This document shows, one piece after another, positions 12,680-25,994 of a stretch of DNA of 64,000 bases. Where the stretch lies: NCBI RefSeq assembly GCF_006345805.1, contig NC_043002.1:24676001-24740000 (forward strand), given 5' to 3'. Origin of the DNA: Octopus sinensis (Eukaryota). Position 1 is the stretch's first letter; each line of letters opens with the position of its first letter. A model generated the notes under the pieces. It saw nothing but the letters and a program-made list of their open reading frames with translations. It was not told the DNA's origin and did not search any database. A program made the position numbers and the translations under genes.

Positions 12680-15600
12680 GTAAGTTACCACACTTTCTTT
12701 TTATTGGCAATTGATTTGATGTTTCTCAGTGTGTGTATGTGTGTATGTTGTTGCTATTGTTGCTTAGCTTCAGGTCAACTTCGGTTAAGTAAACCTATGT
12801 TCTTCTATCCATATGAAAAACAACAGTTAAGTGTTAATATACTAAATGCTGGGAATAACGAGATGTTAATTAGAAATAGATATGTGATGAGGAACCAGAA
12901 CCATAGCAAATACTCACAAATGAGTATGACTTGCTTCCATGTACTATGTTTTCACTAATTAATTTAGGTGCTTGTATAGTCAGGAGCTGATATAAATACC
13001 CTCTAAGCCCTCCCTCCTTTGACTCAGAAAAACATTGAAGATATGACTGTGGGGTGGAGATAATGTTGTACCAGTATTCAGATGGTATTTATTTTCAACT
13101 TAGGAGACTGAAGTGATGTTAAATGAGTCCAGAATTCCTTGCCACCTTCACATTTCACAAGGAGAAAATATTGAAAATAATAATGATCAATATTATCGTT
13201 ACATTCTTCAAGTATGATAGACAACTCCAGACATGTTTTGGTATTATCCTGATTTCTTTAGCAAAGTATAGACTTCACAACATGTGCCAAAGAAGTGGTG
13301 GAACAATCACAAATTATAATACATTTATTGGCATAGAAACAGAATTATTTAGTTATTTATTTATTTATTATATTAAATCATTCAGAGATACTATCTGTAA
13401 CTTGTTAGCTTTTTAATGCTAACTAGAAATGTATTAATATACATCAAATATGTTTACACTATGTTACAATATGCTTGTTTATTCAGATATGAAGTAATAT
13501 GCAGTGTTTCATGTAGAATACTTCATCAGGTGTTCTCATGATGAAACACTTCCTCTTAAATATTAAATACTTCCTCTCTTCTCTACTTCTAACAGCACAT
13601 TAACTGTACCTCATTTTTATCTTGTATTCCACTGACTCTTTCACACACACCCCACTCTTAATTTCCTCACATTCTTGTGATCCTAAACATTGTGTTAAAT
13701 TATTGTGTTATAGTAGAGCCATGGTAGTCATTAATAACACACATAGACCATTTTTTTATATTTTATTCAAAAACAAACATCACTTTTTGTTTCATTTCAT
13801 AATATTATTAGAAAATAAAACAAAAGTGAACGTAAAGCTATATGTGTTTTAAATGACTAGCAAAACTCTGCTACAATGCAATGATTTCAGTGGCAGAGTT
13901 GTTAGTGTTAGACAAAACCCTCTGTGGTTTTGCATTCAGAGTTCAATTCCCACGAAGATCAACTTAGTTTTTCATTCTCTCCAGGGCAATATATAATATA
14001 TGAAGTATACTGGTTGAGGTTAGTGGACTAATGGAAACCTTGAAGTGTTAAACAAGTTGGCATGCAGTATTTTCTCCAACTCTTTGCTTTCTGAGTTCAA
14101 ATCCCACTGTGGTCTAATTGGATGGTAGATTTAATCCATTGCCTGGTTTTACATCACCAGCTGGGCCTTGAGTACCTTTAGTGCAATCCTGTCTGTTTCA
14201 TGCAGTCAAGTTAGGCTTCAAGTTTGAGGCTACTTTTCTGCCTCCCACCAGTCTGAGAAGCCTTGAAAAAGGGATCATAGATGTTCTCTTTTCTCCTGAC
14301 CAACTAATAAAAAAAAGCCATTTGCCAGACAAATATAGTTCCAAAATATTAAATTGTTTGATACGTTATTAATTATTAATGATGGGGATGGTGGTGATGA
14401 CAACAATGATACCACTGCCAACACCAATTTTATTTATCCTGGAAGAATGAAGATTAAAGTTGACTTTGGCAGAATGTGAAATCAAAAGTATAATTTCCCA
14501 AACACGACATTGTTTATGTATCAAATTGAATTACTTATTATATCAGACAACTCTGCTAAGTCATAATGCTGATTTCAAAAATTCTAAATATAAATTCTAA
14601 AATAATTAATAAATTCTAAATATAAAAACAACTTTAGTATTGTTGTAAAATATATGATCAAATCCAAAGTTTAAGATAGAAAGTATATGTTAATTAACAA
14701 CTCTGTTAGAAAGCATGTGTTCAGTGAAAGTCCAGATAGAAAGTATGTATTCTTTGGAAGCCAAGATAGAAAGCATGTGTTCAACAGAAGTTTTTATCTG
14801 TCTCTCCTCTTTTGCTTCATCTCTGTTGTCTCTCCCCTTCCTACAAATCTCACTAAAAACTAAAAACACTGGAATTTTCTCTATCCATCTATCCACATTA
14901 ACCTATAGAAGTACAAACTGCTCATTAATCACATGAATTTCACCTGTCTAGGATGATCTACAAAATTTATGAACACTTCCTTTTCTTCTGGTGAACAAAC
15001 CCAACACCAGAAAATTGTTATTTGAACTGTAATTGGAAGCATTTTAGATAAGATGAAGATGATGATACATAATCTGAGATATTAGGTTGTCAGATAAATT
15101 TGTTTTGTTTCTTTCTGCTTGGCATTCCATCTGCCATATGTCTGAAAAAAGGTAAAACTTGTTTAAATTTAAAATACAGTAAGCAAAAGTTGGAAGAATG
15201 GAGCTTCAAAAAAAATCCTATAAAACTATGATAAAAGTAGTGTTTGTGTTAATTCAAATAACATTGGAACAGATTAAAACGAATGGAAAAAAGGAATGGA
15301 CAAATTTATCAGACAACTCAATCAATATATTTGTAAGACTTTTGCTTCTGGAGTCTTTCAGGGTTCCCATATACCATAACGTCCAGGTATATCCAACTGG
15401 TTGTAATAGATCATTAGAATAAATACTTTACAATTTACAGCTTTGTCCTGATACATCCTCATTTCAGATTACCTCTAAGCTCAATCAAATAGTTCCCAGT
15501 AATATACTGGTGTGAATTTAGTCAACTCTTTCAGCTTTGTTTACAAGAGTACAAACCAGAGTCTTGCAACCAGATTGTTTTAGTATTATAGACTGCTTCC

Positions 15601-15956
15601 AGTGTAGTGGATGGTAGATTTGAAAGAGTATTGATCAAAATCCCTTGCAGCATTTAATTACAAACTGTGTTCAAATTCAGATAATGTCAATGTTTTCATT
15701 CTTTCAAAGTCGACAAAAAAACAAACAGTCAAGTAGTGAAGTCAATTTAATCGACTATATTCTCCCTCAGAATGAGTGGCCCTGTATCTAAAATTAGAAA
15801 TATTCATAAATCCCCTCCTTCCCTCTCTCATGATGTCTCACTAATATTGTAATGTAAGGACAATGCCAAGGAAAATTAATGGTTTACGAAAATCAGTGAT
15901 TCATATATTTTACCATTTCTTATTTTATTTATCTATTTATTTTCCATGTGTTGCAG

Positions 15957-16221
15957 TCGCCGTAAGAAGAGGGACAAAATTCTTGGAATGGATGACCCAA
16001 CACGAAATATGTGTCGTCTGCGTTACCAACAGTCAACCGTTGATGTTTACGCTAGCTTCTGTGTCCTAGAAAATGGTCGGCTGCAGTACTACACGGGCAA
16101 GAAGACTTACTTCCGTGTCACTGAAATGTTGAAGGACCGTCTACGTTTGTCTGACTCCCACATCGCTTCCTTAAGCGGGAATATTATTATGGGCAAAAAC
16201 CCAGGCTTGACAGAAATTCAA
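15957..16221 (+). CDS. TMEM132: TMEM132-family protein, internal exon (RRKKR...CRLRYQQSTVDVYASF...PGLTEIQ)
   Basis: TGTTGCAG acceptor, GTAAGC donor, 265 nt phase 2/0; C.L.YQ...V.V...F and G..PG.T..Q motifs. Confidence 0.88.
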
Positions 16222-17100
16222 GTAAGCAGCTATATTAATCCAAGGGAGATGACTCTGTATTTCACATTAACTTTTTGTCAGTGATTACTCCTCTCTCTTT
16301 AATTTATTTTATTTATTTTCTTGGGGCTTAATCAAAGAAAAGGATGCACGAAGCTAGTGGTGAAAAGGAAGGAATAATCTGGGTATCCTGTCTGGATGCT
16401 TGCATCAGAATGCACTTCACTAAAGCACTCAACAGCCAAGTACTGGTGTTAAACCAGGCTAAATATTATATCTACTGTCTAAGAAGAGTGACAGTTTATG
16501 CAATGGATTTCAGGTCATGGCAGAATCTACCTGACATTATATCCTCCATATCTGTTTTGATATGTCGCCCATCAACTGTAGCAGCATCTTTCCATGGTAA
16601 TATTGCAACCTATTGTCCACAAGAACTAGCAGTATCTCTTCCAGGACTATACTGTACCAATCAGTAGCTTCAAAGTTTTTTGAGTCATTACTGGAGTCTA
16701 TTTTACTCAACATCTTTAGCTTCTCAATGAGATGGTGGGTGCAACTGATTTCCTGGCTAATGCTAAGAACCATGGATGGGGACTTTCCAAATAAATTCCA
16801 ATTTTTTTTATTGGAAGACAATTTTTGGCTGTGGACTGTGTGCAGAAATGTCTTTTTTTTTTTTTTGCAAAGTATGTGTGCATCCATGTGAGTAAGCATC
16901 ACTCAAATACTTTCAATTAAAAAAAATTTTGATTTCATCTTGAAAAGCCTTGTGTAAACTTATTTATTCATTTCTACATTAGTTATTAAAAAAATGTGTA
17001 TTTGTACAAATGCACAGTTTGGAGGGAACACTAGTTATAATCATTTTTGCATCATCTTCTTTTGTACTTCTAATTGAAATAAAGTGTAAATATACAATCA

Positions 17101-17260
17101 TCATCATCATCATCATCATCGTTTAGCGTCCGTTTTCCATGCTAGCATGGGTTGGACGGTTCTACTGGGGTCTGTGAAGCCAGAAGGCTTCATCAGGCCC
17201 AGTCAAATCTGGCAGTGTTTCTACGGCTGGATGCCCTTCCTAACGCCAACCACTCCGTGA
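17101..17260 (-). mobile_element. RTE 3'-end fragment / RTE-tail short element with (ATG)n tail
   Basis: CATCATCATCGTTTAGCGTCCGTTTTCCATGCTAGCATGGG; identical start at 29878-29977, related copies near 3700, 5800, 18130, 55525, 61370. Confidence 0.7.
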
Positions 17261-18416
17261 TGAATGTAATATATAATATTTATATTATATAAAGTTGTAT
17301 AACAGCACAGGCATCCCAACAGGCTTCCCAACTACATGTTTGCAGGTTCAGTCCCACTGCATGGCACATTGGGCAACTGTCTTTCTACTGTAGCCTCACG
17401 CTTGCCAAAGCCTTGTGAGTAGATTTGGTACACAGAAACTGAAAAAAGCCCATCACACACATACATCTGTGTGTGTATCTTTGTGTTTGTTTTTGTCCCT
17501 CACCATCATTTGACAAACGATGTTGGTGTATTTAAGTTCTCGTAATTTAGTGGTTCAGCAAAAGAGACTAGGAGAATGAATATAAGGCTTTTCAAAAAAT
17601 AAGGACTCTGGTTGATTCATTTGACTAAAATTCTTGAAGGCAGTGCCCCAGTATGGCAACAGTCTAATGACTGCAACAAGTAAAAAAAAAAATTATTATT
17701 ATATGATGTTATATAAGTTCAAGTTTATTATAATAATATTCTGTATGTTCTAAATGGTAAAGTGTCTCTACGTATATGAACAGAAAATCTATGAAGAATT
17801 TTTCACTAATGCAACCTCACCTAATACATTTGCAATTTTTTGGACTATTAACATCATCTTTAAAATGAAACATCTTTAATATTTATATCTACACAATGTA
17901 TCATTAAGTTTGATTTCTTTCGGAGTGTCATCAGGCATTTTATTCCTAGATGTGTATATAGTACCAGAGTGGATTTGAACTTCAAACTTTATTCTAAACT
18001 AAATATACTAACGCCCTTATTCACTAGACTACTGATACATATGCTACATACTCAACCAAGAATAAAACACTTGATAACAATGTAAGATCAAACTGATTGA
18101 AACATAGCAGATACCATCACCACCACCATTATTTTACATCTGTTTTCCATTCTGACTTGGGTTAGACAGGCCAGAGGACAACATCTTACTCAGTCATCTC
18201 AGTTTTGACATAGTTTTTATGGCTGAATGCCCTTCCTAAAAATAACCCTTTTACAGAATGTACTAGATACACTTCCCCATGACACCAACACTGTAAATAT
18301 TAAAACATTTTTCATCTCTAAAAGTGAAGTAAATTATCCAAAAAATGATATTAACACTACATCTCAGACATTTAAACATTTCATTAACCTTACCTATTTT
18401 ACTTAACTATCAACAG

Positions 18417-18608
18417 GTATTATCACCAACAAGCCGAGTTATGGCTGCTAAAGAAATACGAGTTGGTCAAGACAAAGTTGCCATTCAGCGCTTGCTCATA
18501 AACACAGTGACAGACATAAGCCTTGAGATTAGAGAAGCTGCACTAAATGACCCAACCACTATTCTGGCCGTTGTTCATGTCAACAACCAACTGAAAACTA
18601 AATTCCAG
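18417..18608 (+). CDS. TMEM132: TMEM132-family protein, internal exon (VLSPTSRVMAAKEIRV...LKTKFQ)
   Basis: CAACAG acceptor, CAG|GTATGT donor, 192 nt phase 0/0. Confidence 0.88.
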
Positions 18609-18694
18609 GTATGTTTATCAGTATTGTTACAACATTTGCTGTGGTGTTAGGTTGGATGAAATGTTGTAAGAGTGTTGTAAGAGATGGATGTCTA

Positions 18695-19110
18695 GAACAG
18701 AGGTAAGTCATTGGTGTAGAACATATGATGGTAGCCATAACAGAGAAAGTTAGATGATGGTGATTTGAAGTAGTGGTAGTGAATAGTCACTTCAAGTACA
18801 GGTAAGTCATAGCAGTATGGACATGTGATTAGAGAGAATCATAGATATAGAAGTAAGTCAATGGTGTGGATGGTAGCCACAGTAGAGGTATGTCATAGTG
18901 GTATGAACATGTGATGATAGTTTCTAGTAGGGGTATAGTGCATGTAATGGTAAAGGATGGTTGTTGCAGTTGAGGTAAGTCACAATGGTATGGTCATGTG
19001 ATGGTAGTTACAGTAGAAGTATGTCTAGTGGTATGGACATGTGATGGTTGTGAATTGTAACTAAAGTAGATGTAAGTGAAAATGCTATGGACAATTGATG
19101 GTTGCTGGTG
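18695..19110 (+). repeat. degenerate ~40-50 bp minisatellite (AGAGGTAAGTCA...GGACATGTGATGGTAG)
   Basis: About 7 recognisable units. Confidence 0.7.
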
Positions 19111-20126
19111 GTAAATTGAGTGGAGGTAGATCATGATATTATTGGTGTGATAATAGTAAAATAGATCCAGAATAGGAGTACAGGAAATATAGTTTAAATG
19201 AATTATGAAAATGTGTAACTAACTGCACTACATATAGCTTAATGTCAATGAGTTAACAATCTTCTGACAGCTGTTTAAAGTTTATATGTATGTATGTATA
19301 TCAGTATACTTGCTGCAGCCACCCACCCACTGTTTTCCCCCTGAACCTTTCTCTCTCACCATCCTTTCTTCATTGCCTCTTCATTTTGGATGCTTTTATG
19401 GTATTGACACTCTGCTATCACACCACTCACACACTACTCCCTCATAAACTGTTTCATTTTCTCCCTATGTACCCCATCACTGTAGCTTCTCTGCTTCCTC
19501 ACGCACAATTCATCTTTCCTCCTCTGGCCTACTCCTACAAACCCTACACCTCTCTACTTCAATGAATTTCAGAATTCTTCTCTACCCCTAATCTACTATT
19601 CCCTTCCTGTCACCTTTCCATTACATTCTCTGTCCATACTCACCTTTATAATGTACAATAACCCTTGATTCCCATCCCACTAAACAACCCATCTTTATAC
19701 CTTTTGTACTGTGTCCTTTTTCTGGATAATACTGGCTCTAACCCCTTCTCTTTCCCCGTGTTCCTTGCCATACTCCCTCCTCCAATTAGTACCCACTCTG
19801 TTACTTTGTTACTCTCTCTACTACCACCAACCTATCACAATCTATAAATTTGTTCCTCTCATCTTACTTACCCTCCCTCATTACTTGACCATAATCATTG
19901 CACTCTTCCACTTCTAACCTTCCTCAATTATAGGACCATTTTAGACCCTTAACTTTGCAAGTTACAAAGTAATTTTCACTACTACTGATACCACAAAAAG
20001 AGCACCCAGTATGCTCTGTAAAGTGGTTGGCACTAGAAACGACATCCAGCTGTAGAAGCCATTTATTCTATGCTGATATGGATTGAATGGGTTGTCATTA
20101 TATATTGGGGCATCCTACATTATATA

Positions 20127-20962
20127 TTGGGGCATCCCATAATTAATGTGGTTTTTTTCAATTGCACAAACTATAAGTTGGAGGGAGACAGGATAAACTA
20201 CCTGCATCAACTTCCTATAAAAGCAGGTAACAACGTTACCTTGTCCTTATACCTAGTGCAAGTTTTGAAGAGTGCAGTTTGATTTAAAAAATTATTTTTT
20301 CAAAGCTATAGTGGAAGTGACAAAGGAGCATATCTGGCTTTATGCGTTCAATAAAGGCAACAACGCAATGGAAAATGCAAGGAATAATATTGCAGTATAT
20401 GCGGATCAGATAATTAGTGGTAGTTCCAGAAATTCAGAGCCAGAAACTACAGCCTAGAAGACAAGCCTCATCCTAGAAGATTTGTAGAGCTTGACAAGGA
20501 TGTCCTGCAAACCCTAGTGGAACAAAATCCCGTCATAACCGTTGAGGAACTAGCAGAGAAGCTTGAATTTAGTCATTCAACCATTCATCGACGTGCGTGC
20601 CATTGGAAAAGTCTGCAAATTGGGTCAGTGGGTTCCTCACAAACTTTCCAAATCTTGCAGAGAATGAATGTATGCTCTTCTTTGCTATCATATCTCAGTA
20701 ATGAACTTTTTTTCGACTAAATAGTGACTGGTGATGAGAAATGGGTTCTCTATAAAAATGTCAAGTGCTGAAGACAGTGGGTAGGGAGAGAAGCACTGGT
20801 ACCTCAGGCTAAAAAAAGATCTTCACTCACATATGGTGTTGTTATCTATTTGGTGGGATATGAAAGGTTTAGTCTACTTTGAACTTTTAAACTCAAACTT
20901 TATCTTAATTCAAAAAATTAAAAGAAGTATTGAAAAATCGCATTATTTACGGGATGACCCAA
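20127..20962 (+). mobile_element. mariner element, internally deleted and degenerate
   Basis: TIRs TTGGGGCATCCCATAATTAATG / CATTATTTACGGGATGACCCAA with TA; remnants EELAEKLEFSHSTIHR, IVTGDEKWVLY, MVLLSIWWDMKGLVYFELL. Confidence 0.9.
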
Positions 20963-21154
20963 TATGTGTATGTATGTATGTATGTAATGAGAGAGAGAGA
21001 GAGGGGGGGATATGTCTTACAAAAGGGAAAAGCCATTTTGGCTAATTTAGTCTGAAGTACTGATTGTAAAGTGTGCTCCATCAGGCACATCAACAAATAA
21101 AACAAGCCTTATAGATCTCAGTTATTCATAGAATGATTCATTTTATTTCAGTCA

Positions 21155-21562
21155 TCTCTATATATATAAACGGCAGTTTGTCTGTCTGTGTGTCTGTGTG
21201 GCTGTCAGGTTGTACCCTCACCCTGACCACGGCTTTCAACCGATTCTGATGAAACTTGACACACACATAGCCCAATGTCATAATTCAAAACTAACGCAGC
21301 GAAAATTTTGAAAAGTTTCCCCAGTTCTGAAAAAAATCGATAAATTCGACATGGGGTCGAGAATCTAAGCTTTTTATATGCAACACTTTTTCTGTTGGGA
21401 GACAGCTAGGAACATCGTATACATAGAAGTATTCGAGTGAAGAGAAGACATTGCAACCTATACATGCGCCTTCATTCCCTAGAGGGAAAGAACTAGATTG
21501 GGATTAGTCGTTGCCTACTAGGGACTCTTACATACCCGGGCAACGCCGGGCTATGCTGCTAG
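21155..21562 (+). mobile_element. non-autonomous Helitron
   Basis: 5' TC, 3' hairpin CCCGG-GCAACG-CCGGG then CTAG, inserted between A and T, no TSD. Confidence 0.85.
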
Positions 21563-21627
21563 TAAAACATATTTCTATTTCATTATCATTATTGTCTTAA
21601 ATAAAATTTTTCTGTTTTATATTCCAG

Positions 21628-22866
21628 GAAGCCCTGTTGGACATCGCTGTGCAATTTACAGATAAGACAGTTGTTCCTCTAAAATATATTTCACCATTAG
21701 ATTACAAGCTAGAAATTTCTTCACTTAATCGGCAAGTGCTGAAAATCCCTCGACCATTTGGTTTGCCTTATCAACCAACTGTAATTGCTACAGGCCCAGG
21801 TGAGGGTCAGTTGAACATCTCCCTTAGACTTGGACATAGATGTTTCAAGAAAAATATGTTACCACTTGTCTCAAAAACTCTTCACATGAACATTGAGTTT
21901 ACTAATGAACGAAGCTACCTTGACAAACTGCAGCGAGATAGTCACTATGACAACCGAGCAGGTCGCTTTGACAACCGAGTTAATCGTTATGACAACCGTG
22001 CTAGTGACCGCTGGAACCAAAAATCGTCTCCCCAGACTTCATTTTCTGTGCCCACTATTGACATCAGTGCTCAAGATAACAAAATCTACTATGAAAACAT
22101 CAAAAGTGGTATTAAGCAAATTCCTAAAGTGGCTGACCACCGACAATTCCAATATAAAGAGCAGCAGAATCAACAACAACATGTGCAACAAGACTTCCTT
22201 ATTGATAACAATAACAATGTTGATGGAATGAGACCAAAATCTGCACCTCAGCTGCAACAAGTAGTGAAAGCACCAGAACTCTCTGCCTTGGAGATTGTCA
22301 TGTATGTCCTGCTGGCTGTTTTCTGCATGGCAATCATTGTCTTTACAGTGAACTGTGTTGTCTTCACTGTACGCTATCGCCGCAAGCAAATACCAAAAGA
22401 CATGTGTGGTGGAACAGAGCCTGTGTCGAGTGCCCGTGACTGGGTGTGGGTCGGTCAAGCAACACTGGAGCGGAATGCCGTTAATACGCGCTGCTCTCAG
22501 ACTCTGATGCCTGAGGAGGACTTCAATGGGAACCAGATGCGTGCTCGCCTGTACAGTGGTACAGAGAGCACCAGGTCAGCTGGCTCTGCATCAGCCAATT
22601 CTTCCGCTGCCACGTCCGCCGGGGGCGGCAGCGGAAGTGGAAGCAATCGCAATAGTACTGTGTCTACGTACATGGGATCTGAATGCAGCATCCGCATCAC
22701 AGCCAACCCTATGCCTACTGAAGGTGCAACAGGGGCAGCAGGAGTTAGTACGGACAGTCATAGTAACCATCATAATGCCCCTCCAGAGTGGGATTACGAA
22801 GCAATGGGGCTTACTTATGAGCAGTTTCGAGATTACCTGGACAATCTGAAAGAATCAACTGCCTAA
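21628..22866 (+). CDS. TMEM132: TMEM132-family protein, terminal exon with TM helix and cytoplasmic tail
   Basis: TTCCAG acceptor; EA.L.I.VQF.D; TM segment LSALEIVMYVLLAVFCMAIIVFTVNCVVF followed by RYRRK; DWVWVG motif; stop TAA 22864-22866. Confidence 0.92.
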   Translation, partial: EALLDIAVQFTDKTVVPLKYISPLDYKLEISSLNRQVLKIPRPFGLPYQPTVIATGPGEGQLNISLRLGHRCFKKNMLPLVSKTLHMNIEFTNERSYLDKLQRDSHYDNRAGRFDNRVNRYDNRASDRWNQKSSPQTSFSVPTIDISAQDNKIYYENIKSGIKQIPKVADHRQFQYKEQQNQQQHVQQDFLIDNNNNVDGMRPKSAPQLQQVVKAPELSALEIVMYVLLAVFCMAIIVFTVNCVVFTVRYRRKQIPKDMCGGTEPVSSARDWVWVGQATLERNAVNTRCSQTLMPEEDFNGNQMRARLYSGTESTRSAGSASANSSAATSAGGGSGSGSNRNSTVSTYMGSECSIRITANPMPTEGATGAAGVSTDSHSNHHNAPPEWDYEAMGLTYEQFRDYLDNLKESTA

Positions 22867-22905
22867 ACATCAGTTATTTGTTTTTCCTGTCTTTGTCTTG
22901 TGTTG

Positions 22906-22990
22906 CAATGGACAGCTGCACTTCCTGTGTACACAGCAGCTCTTCCTGTGTATACAGCAGCACTTTCTGCGTACACAGCTTCCATTTTCC
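22906..22990 (+). repeat. 21-bp tandem repeat (~3.5 copies) in proximal 3' UTR
   Basis: TACACAGCAGCTCTTCCTGTG-like units. Confidence 0.8.
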
Positions 22991-23116
22991 TTGTTATTTC
23001 GATAATTCTAGTGACGATGTTTTCTCCGAGCAATGGGCTCAACACACTGAATGGATTTATTAAATCTGAAGAACGAAGACTGACTTATAGACATGTATAA
23101 CCACACACACACACAT

Positions 23117-23158
<42 letters not shown>

Positions 23159-23269
23159 AGCTTGCAGCTATATCAGTGACAAATAGCTGTACACTCACCA
23201 GACTGAACAGATTGAAAGGAACACACACAGAGCTAGTGTGTGCATCAATGACTTCCACCCACAGGCCTA

Positions 23270-23326
<57 letters not shown>

Positions 23327-24289
23327 TAATCAATATTCCTGTTCATTACATGGAAGAGTATAACTGTGAACAGAGAAGGACCTATACTTGAGTGTAACCA
23401 TACATATACACATACACAAATTAACATGCACAACATCAATAAAATCACAAATACAGACACACACATAAATATACATATATACATTCACACACACTCATAC
23501 ACAAATATAGATAGATATTTTTTGTATATTTTCTTTTTTGCTTTTCTAATTTTTTTCTTTTTGTTTTTTGTGTGTTTGTCAATATTGGACTGGGAAGTCT
23601 AGAATTTTGAGGCCCTAAGAAAGATGGTTTATCACAGCAAAACTTCTCTCCAAATGAACAAATTTCTTTATTTTTCATTTCAAAAAAAAGAAAGAAAAAA
23701 TTTTTAAAAAAAAACCCATGTTGCTGCATTCATGTTTGTGTTTGTTTGAATATAACAGTATGACGTTTCAATTCTGGCATGCATATGTGTGTGTGTGTGT
23801 ATGTTTGTATTTGTGTTGTATGATTATGTCAAAGGAGAAAAGCTGTGGTGTTGAGACATGAATTCTACAACTAGTTTCTCCAGTGTAACCCTAAATAACA
23901 AAACCTCTGCCTCACTCAGACACTCACAACATCAACAACATCAACAACAACAACAACAACAGCAATGATCACAACTACAACAACATCTGCCGCCATAAGT
24001 ACAACAACGACAACTAAAGCAAAATACAACTACTACAACAACAATTATAACAACTACTACAAAAACAGAAATAAAGAAAGAAAACGGGAGTAATTATGCC
24101 ATAATTCTGTTTCCATGGCAACATTGTGTCTCTCCTCTCTTTTCCATGCTTGATCCTTGATTTTTATCGTTTCTTTCTTTTCTTTTTTTTGATGTTTGTC
24201 ATCATTATCACCATCATCATCATCACTTGTTGTTAACAACAACTTTATTATTATTATTATTATTATTATTATTGACCTCAGCAGTGATG

Positions 24290-24510
24290 AATTTTTCCGA
24301 ATCATTATTGTGTTGGACGAAAATGCCTAATGGTATTTCTTCCAACTCATTACATTTTGACTTCAAATTCCGCTGGGGTCAACTTTGCCTTTCATCCTTC
24401 TGGGGTCTATAAAATAGAGTACCACTCAAGTATTGGCGTTGATGGTATCAACTAACACCCACCTCCACTCAAAGTTGCTGGCTTTGTGCCAAAATTTGAA
24501 ACCACTATCA
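24290..24510 (+). mobile_element. SINE family B (degenerate)
   Basis: GAATCATT...AAATGC...TTCAAATTCC...TTTGCCTTTCATCCTT...GCTGGCTTTGTGCCAAAATTTGAAACC; further copies near 5440, 11950, 12200, 26777, 56540. Confidence 0.7.
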
Positions 24511-24527
24511 TCATCATCATTAATATC

Positions 24528-24568
<41 letters not shown>

Positions 24569-24795
24569 CATCCTCATTCAGTTATGGAAAGAATTGAAGA
24601 TAGAGTGTCAGAAAAAAAATGCTTAATTAGCATTCAGTTATGTTTCCCTTTACATTCTGTGTTCAAATCTTACTGGGGCCAACTTTTTTTTTTGTTTACC
24701 CAGGGTGGGGTAGGGGTGGAGAATCCATAAACTAAGTGACAAACCAGTTATTGGGGTGGGATGTGAGTCAAGTCAATTCGATTAATTAACATATA

Positions 24796-24834
<39 letters not shown>

Positions 24835-25522
24835 GCAAATTTGTGGCCTTGTGACAATGTCAGTTATCTAATATTGTTGTTGTTGTTCTTGTTGTTGTTG
24901 TAAATATGAAGCATTTAGGCAGCAAAGAGAAACTGTTTGTTAAGCACACACAAATGCAAGTGCATAATGAAACACAGATGCAAACGTTCAAACTATTACG
25001 ACTCCTCCATAATTATTCCCTTTCCTCCAACACTGACTCCTCTTATGCTGGTCACATGACCTGGACCCATTGAGACCACTCTTGAATGATTGGGCATATG
25101 TCTGCATGTGTGTGTGTATGTGCACGTGTATGTGTGTATGATACCTGTGCAGTCATAATAAAGATGGTGATGAGGGGATGGTCAATAAATGGCAGGAGGA
25201 GGAGGAGGATGAGGAGAGTGACTGAAGAGATGAAAGCTGCCACACAGATATGTATATGTATGTATATCGATATGTACATGTGTGTTTGTGTGTGTGTGTG
25301 TGTTTGTGTGCGTGTATATTTTGTGCTTGTGTGTATATGGTGGGGTAGTTTCCTCTATACAGAAGTGGGTGGCTTCAGATTTATAGTGGGAAAACAAAAA
25401 AGAGATTTATGATGTTGTGACATTCATACCTTTCCAAAAGTACACTCATATATAAATATAAGCAACATAGTTCATATGTGTAACTATATAACACGTGTTT
25501 GTTCAAAATTTGATTGCAGCTT

Positions 25523-25558
<36 letters not shown>

Positions 25559-25866
25559 GTGTTCAGACTGTATAAAGCAAAAGAAAAAAAAAAGGAAAAA
25601 CCAACTATATGGGTGCTTGGTGTGTTATCTTTAATAGGGCAATAATAATAATAATAATGATATGAATAGTTGTAATCATAATAATAATAATAATCACAAT
25701 AACAAACAGAAAAATAAAAGTTTTTGTTATATCTTGTTATAACATTTATATAGTTGTGAAGATGATGGTGGTGATGATGATGATGATGATGATGAAAGCC
25801 ATAATATAAATATTCACAAATATCCCTCACTCTCTCTGTTTCTCACTCACATACACACACACACAC

Positions 25867-25905
<39 letters not shown>

Positions 25906-25947
25906 ATATATATATGTGTGTGTGAGTGTATATGTGCGTGTATGTAA

Positions 25948-25994
<47 letters not shown>

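Noticed and set aside
14676-14790. Repeat-spacer-like pattern (AGATAGAAAGCATGTGTTC x4, ~30-bp period)
   Set aside because: Degenerate minisatellite in a eukaryotic intron; spacers of only ~12 bp, no cas genes; not CRISPR.
16537-16902. 121-aa minus-strand ORF in a TMEM132 intron
   Set aside because: No convincing splice sites; starts in an A-run; more likely a decayed transposon remnant, family not supportable.
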